49,703 nt of DNA from NCBI GenBank assembly GCA_045863235.1, contig BTUM01000058.1, positions 1 to 49,703 on the forward strand, written 5' to 3'. A program made the translations under genes and the position numbers. This document shows positions 45,333 to 49,703 of this stretch, piece after piece. Each line of letters opens with the position of its first letter. Positions within the stretch are counted from its first letter, which is position 1. The stretch comes from Candidatus Xenobia bacterium (GTDB taxonomy: Bacteria > Vulcanimicrobiota > Xenobia > Xenobiales > QWHO01). The notes under the pieces were generated by a model, which saw only the letters and a list, made by a program, of their open reading frames with translations, was not told the origin of the DNA and made no database searches.

Positions 45333-47012
45333 ATGAAACGAATCGGGCTGATCCTGCTGGCTCTGCTCGGGGCCATCTGCTGCAGCACCGGCAGCGGCGA
45401 CAACCCACCCGCCGCCGGAGTGCTGCAGCCGCCCGACATCACCGTCCAGATCGTAGGGACGGATACCGGCTTTCAGGCCCGCTCCCAGAACGGGGTCGTC
45501 AGTTACAGCGCCGGGGTTGCCGGCGCCCCCCCGGTCAAGCTCGAGCGCAACCCCGACCAGCCCACCCACACCCTGAGCCTGACCAACGTGGGCGATGGCA
45601 AACAGGCTCTGACGGTGCTGGCGCTGGACGGCAACGGCCAGGTGGTGAGCCACTATCTGGCCGAGCTGATTCCTCCCGGCGAGGTCATCGTGCACGCCGA
45701 TCGCTTCACCCAGGGCCCCGTCCGCCGGTTGGGCGACACCGGCGCCTGGGTGGAGCAGTACTCCCTGCCGGTTTTCGGCCAACCCGACCTGACCGAGACT
45801 TACTGGAACTGCGCCGTGGACGTCCCCCCGCCGTTCGTGCGCAGCTCCTACGACGTGATCGGGCTGCACCGCGTGGTCAGCGACACTCCCCGACCTGGCC
45901 GGGTGCTGCTCTTTCTGCCCGGCGCCCAGTGCAACGGCGGCCTCTACACGCAGGACGAGACGCGTGATTTCCGACTCTACCTGGCCAACCGGGGCTACGA
46001 CGTCTACAGCCTCGACTACCGCACCCACTTTGCGCCGCCCTTCAACATCGCGGGCGTGAGCCTGCCGGGACTGGTGACCCCCGACCTCACCTTTATGGCC
46101 GCCTGGAACTCGGCCCGGTTCGTGGACGACGTGGGCACGGCCATCGGCTGGATCAAGTCGACCTCGCAGGTGGACAAGCTCTTCCTGGCTGGCTTCTCGA
46201 GCGGCGGCCAGTTCGCCTATTTTTATGCCTGCCGGGAAGTGAACGGCCGGCTCGGCCAGGAGGACCTGCTCGGCCTGATCGCGATGGACGGCGGTCCCTG
46301 GCAGCAGGGCACCAACCAACCCCCCGCCAGCCTGGAAATCGCCGAGGGCCGGGCGGCCGTGCTGGGAGGGGATACCCCCGCCAACCGGGCGGTGTGCCAG
46401 AAGTACGGCTCCGACCCCGGACCGGGATTTTACACCGAGAACTTCGGCGACTTCCTGAGCGAAGGGTTCCTGGACAACGCGCTGGCCTACCTGGTGGACG
46501 AGAACGCTCCCAATCCGCTCAACCCCGAGCAGTCGGCGGCCGACTTCTTGATCGACCGCTTTCAGACCAACTGGGGCCTCAATGACGAAGGCGACGGGCA
46601 GTTCAGCAACATCGCCCGGGGCTACAACTCGCTGCCCACGCTCATGGCCTGGTCCGTGCTGGCGGCAGATACCTACTGGCCGATCATGCAAGACATCGAG
46701 GATGCGGTGGTGACCAACTACTCCGGCCCGCCCGACGGCCCCTATCGCGTGCCGCTCGGTTCGGGACTGCCCTACCTCGACAACCTGGCCCGGATCAACA
46801 TCCCCCAGTTCGTGGTGGGCACCAGCGGCCTGACCAACTACCTGGGCAACCGGATGGCCTGGAAGTTCCAGGGGATCGCCCTCAGCGCCACTCCTCGGGC
46901 CGACGCCGAGCAGCACATCCTGGAGCACTTCGGCCACCTGGACGCGCTGTCAGGCACGAAGGCGAACCAGTTCGTGGCCCAACCGATGCTGAACTGGCTG
47001 GATCGGCACTAG
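45333..47012 (+). CDS. Secreted/lipoprotein alpha/beta hydrolase
   Basis: MKRIGLILLALLGAICC signal; LLFLPG, GYDVYSLDYR, nucleophile elbow AGFSSGG, C-terminal FGHLD. Confidence 0.82.
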   Translation: MKRIGLILLALLGAICCSTGSGDNPPAAGVLQPPDITVQIVGTDTGFQARSQNGVVSYSAGVAGAPPVKLERNPDQPTHTLSLTNVGDGKQALTVLALDGNGQVVSHYLAELIPPGEVIVHADRFTQGPVRRLGDTGAWVEQYSLPVFGQPDLTETYWNCAVDVPPPFVRSSYDVIGLHRVVSDTPRPGRVLLFLPGAQCNGGLYTQDETRDFRLYLANRGYDVYSLDYRTHFAPPFNIAGVSLPGLVTPDLTFMAAWNSARFVDDVGTAIGWIKSTSQVDKLFLAGFSSGGQFAYFYACREVNGRLGQEDLLGLIAMDGGPWQQGTNQPPASLEIAEGRAAVLGGDTPANRAVCQKYGSDPGPGFYTENFGDFLSEGFLDNALAYLVDENAPNPLNPEQSAADFLIDRFQTNWGLNDEGDGQFSNIARGYNSLPTLMAWSVLAADTYWPIMQDIEDAVVTNYSGPPDGPYRVPLGSGLPYLDNLARINIPQFVVGTSGLTNYLGNRMAWKFQGIALSATPRADAEQHILEHFGHLDALSGTKANQFVAQPMLNWLDRH

Positions 47013-47162
47013 TGGTCTAGCACATTAGCCGTTCTGGTCGCTCAGGCGACACCAGTGAGGCCCTCGCGGTTTCGGGCTAGTTGGGCGTCGCGCAGCCGGA
47101 AAACCGTGTCAGGGGGGTCCGGCTTGCGCTCCTAGCAGCCCATGGTGGAGGCGGCCGGTGTG

Positions 47163-48089
47163 CTAAGCTGGAACCATCTGGCCCAGCACGCGTTGGAGAT
47201 TGCCTCCCAGCACTTTCTCCAGCTCGCCGTGGCCGAAGCCCGCCTGGGCAAAAACCTCCAACTGCTGCTGCACCACGTCGGTGCGGAAGCCCCGAGGGAA
47301 AAAGCTGGAGTCGGAACCAAACAGAATGCGCTCCACGCCCATCACCTCGACGACCTTCTTGAGCGCCGTCACCGCGGTCAGCTCGGGCAGGTAGCGGGCC
47401 CAGCCGCCGATGCCCGAGGTGTCGGTGTAAACGTTGTCGCACATGTCAGCCAGCATCAACAGCTCGCGCAGCATTCCCGAGCCCAGGTGGGGCACGATGA
47501 AGCGGATGTTGGGAAAGCTGGCGGCCGGTTTCTGCAGTTCGATCGGGTTGGCCATCTCGCCAGAAAAGGCAGAGCTCAGGCCCATGCGAGTGCGAAAGGC
47601 GACCTTGAGAGCCCCGCAGTGCACGAAAATGCAGAGTCGATGCTCATCGGCCGCCTCGTAGAGAGGATAGAGCGCCCGGTCGCTGGCCCGGTATCCGTGC
47701 ATGGCAGGGAAGAGCAGGATGCCCTTCAGTCCCTGGTCGACCACCCGCTGGACGGCCTCGACCTTGTCGCTGCCAACCGGGTTGACCATGGCAAAGCCGA
47801 TCAGCCGGTCGCGGTAGGCCCGGCAGGCAGCCCCCACGGGGTATTCCTCGTCCGGCAAGCTACCGAAGATGATGGACTGGGAGACACGGTTCTTGTCCAT
47901 CTCCGAGACCCAGCGCCCGGCCAGCCAGGCCGGATCGGGATCGGGCATCTCCCAACCAAGCCGCTCACCGGCCTGCGCCACCGAGCCGGTGCCGTCGGGC
48001 TCGATCAGGCCAGCCTCCAGGGCCAGCTTCTGGAAGAAACTGTAGGACAGAAAGTGGGTATGAGCATCGCGCACTACGTGAACAAACAT
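47163..48089 (-). CDS. Amidohydrolase_2 family metal-dependent hydrolase
   Basis: DAHTHF, LYPLYEAA, FVHCG, IVPHLG, VYTDTS, ILFGSDS, LGGN. Confidence 0.9.
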   Translation of the reverse strand: MFVHVVRDAHTHFLSYSFFQKLALEAGLIEPDGTGSVAQAGERLGWEMPDPDPAWLAGRWVSEMDKNRVSQSIIFGSLPDEEYPVGAACRAYRDRLIGFAMVNPVGSDKVEAVQRVVDQGLKGILLFPAMHGYRASDRALYPLYEAADEHRLCIFVHCGALKVAFRTRMGLSSAFSGEMANPIELQKPAASFPNIRFIVPHLGSGMLRELLMLADMCDNVYTDTSGIGGWARYLPELTAVTALKKVVEVMGVERILFGSDSSFFPRGFRTDVVQQQLEVFAQAGFGHGELEKVLGGNLQRVLGQMVPA

Positions 48090-48103
48090 GCCGGGGCATT
48101 TCG

Positions 48104-49496
48104 TTATCGACGGCGCGGGCCCTGCGGGCCGTAGGGCGTCCAGCTATCTTCTGCCACCTCCCCGTCCCCGGCCATGCGCACCAGCAAGGGATGAAAGGCC
48201 CCCACGGCTCGAGCGATGGAGCCGTGGGCCTTGAGAACGCTCTCCACGCAGCGGTAAGCGCGGGGGTGCTCGTCCCGTGAGCCCCCCAGCAGTCGCACCC
48301 CGGCCTGGAGGAGAAGTTGCTCGGTCTGTGTTTTGGAGTAGACCTTCCTGGCGCTGGAGCGACTCAACACCCGGCCCACCCCGTGGGCCGCGCTGCTCAG
48401 AGTATCAACGCTTCCCAGAGCGCAAGAGATAGGTGGGAGAGCACATCGTGCCAGCCAGGACGGCCAACTCGCCTTCGGCCAGGCGATGAGTCCCTTTGCG
48501 ATGGATCACCAGGCCGTCCTCGAGGGTGGCCAGGTTATGGCAGCAATCCACAGTCAACAAAGTCGAGCCGCCCAGGGCGGAGCTAAGAGAGGCATGGATA
48601 ACGTCGTGACAGGCGCTGGCGTACCGTTCGACCAGATTCATGGCACGCCAGAACTGCTCGCCGAGATCCGAGTCGAACTCAAGCCAGGCCCAGGGTCGGT
48701 AGGCACGCGAGAGGTCCTTGGAGCGCTGGCGGGCCAACCTCAAGTATTCGTAGGCGACCTCGCCACCCGGGCGCCTTCCGCCGCTGTGGCTCAGGATGGC
48801 CAGGCGGTTGGTGGGCAGGCCGGGCTCCAGAGCCTCGAATCGACCCAGGTCCACGAAGTGGTTGCCGTTGCCACTGCTGCCAAGCTGAGCTGCGGCGACA
48901 TCCTTCAGGCGCGCCGTGGTGTGACTGAGGCCCCAATCGGGCAGCTCAAGCACGGGGTGTTGCGCAGGCCTGGAGAAGACCCCATCCAGCCCGAAACGGG
49001 TGTGATCGCGCAGAATGGGGGCGAAGTCCTTTCTTCTGGCTCGAGCGTCGGGCAGATCGAGCACGGTGAGCCGCATGCGGCATCCGATGTCGCGCCCGAT
49101 GGCCCGCGGAACGACCACTCCGCGCGTGGCCAGCACTGCGCCAACAGGCAAGCCTTCGCCGGTTTGAAAACCGGGCAGAATGGCTCCGTGAACCACGAAA
49201 GGAAGTTTCCTGGCTTCCTTCATCCCGATTCCGGCCTCGGAGCAGTCGGATAGGTTCGGCCAGACTGCAAGCTCCGGCCTCTCTTCCATTGGGACGAAGC
49301 CCATTCTTGCGGACAGATGGCGGGCCACGGGCCCCAGGGCGAGATCAGTCAGGAAATCTCGGGGCGACCGACTCAGGGCCCGCAGCATGGTCTCCCATTG
49401 GGATCGATTCAGACCCGCTTGTTGCCAGGCTTTGACGAGGAGCTCACGGGACTCGGGCTCAATCAGACCCAGCCGGCGGAAGTCACGCTCGCGCAT
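48104..49496 (-). pseudogene. rtcB: RtcB-family RNA ligase, split by a frameshift near 48420
   Basis: DIGCRM, LGSSGNGNHF, SHSG, CHN, HRKG in the first frame; SAAHGVGR, DEHPRAY in the next frame; likely start MRERDF at 49496. Confidence 0.85.
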
Positions 49497-49580
49497 GCTC
49501 TGGAATTTTCTGGCGTTGAAGGCCAGCCTCCTGCGTGTGACCTCCGGCCCACCAGCACGCCTGAGAGAGCGATGCAGATC

Positions 49581-49703
49581 CCCGGGCCGCTCGAACGCCA
49601 GTTTGTCCCCGCCGGGGATGTGCACTTGTTCGCTTCACCCGGGCCGCCCGAACGCCAGTTTGTCCCCGCCGGGGACGAGCACTTGTTCGCTTCACCTGGG
49701 CCA
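49581..49703. repeat. 57-bp tandem repeat with internal hairpin (2 copies plus start of a third; truncated by the window edge)
   Basis: Units 49581-49637 and 49638-49694 are near-identical; each has TCCCC-GCC-GGGGA. Confidence 0.9.

Noticed and set aside
47013..47162. ncRNA in the convergent gap after the hydrolase
   Set aside because: Only a short GTCGC-TCAG-GCGAC hairpin is visible; compatible with a terminator, no RNA family recognised
49581..49703. CRISPR array
   Set aside because: The whole 57-bp period is conserved, so there are no unique spacers, and no cas genes are in the window

Overview
High-GC bacterial chromosomal window, densely coding (about 50 genes), with no rRNA, tRNA, CRISPR array or transposase that I can support. 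Left to right: a 5'-truncated FHA + anthrax-LF/PPEP-like zinc metallopeptidase gene; a surface-glycosylation cluster (two SAM methyltransferases, GT-C-like membrane protein, GtrB-like GT2); a circularly permuted ATP-grasp / alpha-E / transglutaminase operon; an orphan coiled-coil gene; an OmpR-family two-component pair divergent from a prepilin + Ser/Thr kinase-AAA-TPR pair; a minus-strand run (degenerate N-formylglutamate amidohydrolase-like gene, XRE regulator, gatB, moeA-PBP fusion, moaC, hexapeptide acetyltransferase); a moxR-DUF58 ... batA-E locus split by about 7 kb carrying higBA, a minor-pilin/pilC cluster and an mscS-cNMP-ktr operon whose ktrB and ktrA are fused by a deletion; a nucleotidyltransferase pair plus a decayed paralogue; GH130 + Opp-type ABC transporter; an alpha/beta-hydrolase lipoprotein; an amidohydrolase; and a frameshifted rtcB preceded by a 57-bp tandem repeat that runs off the window. 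The most novel-looking items are the FHA-metallopeptidase fusion with built-in candidate phospho-Thr sites, a six-repeat propeller-like PilX adhesin, and three promoter classes readable directly from the intergenic DNA (SigH-like AGGA-N17/18-GAA, sigmaE-like GGAACTT-N16-GTC in front of both halves of the bat locus, and extended -10 boxes abutting start codons). All family assignments are from motif recognition by eye, not database searches.
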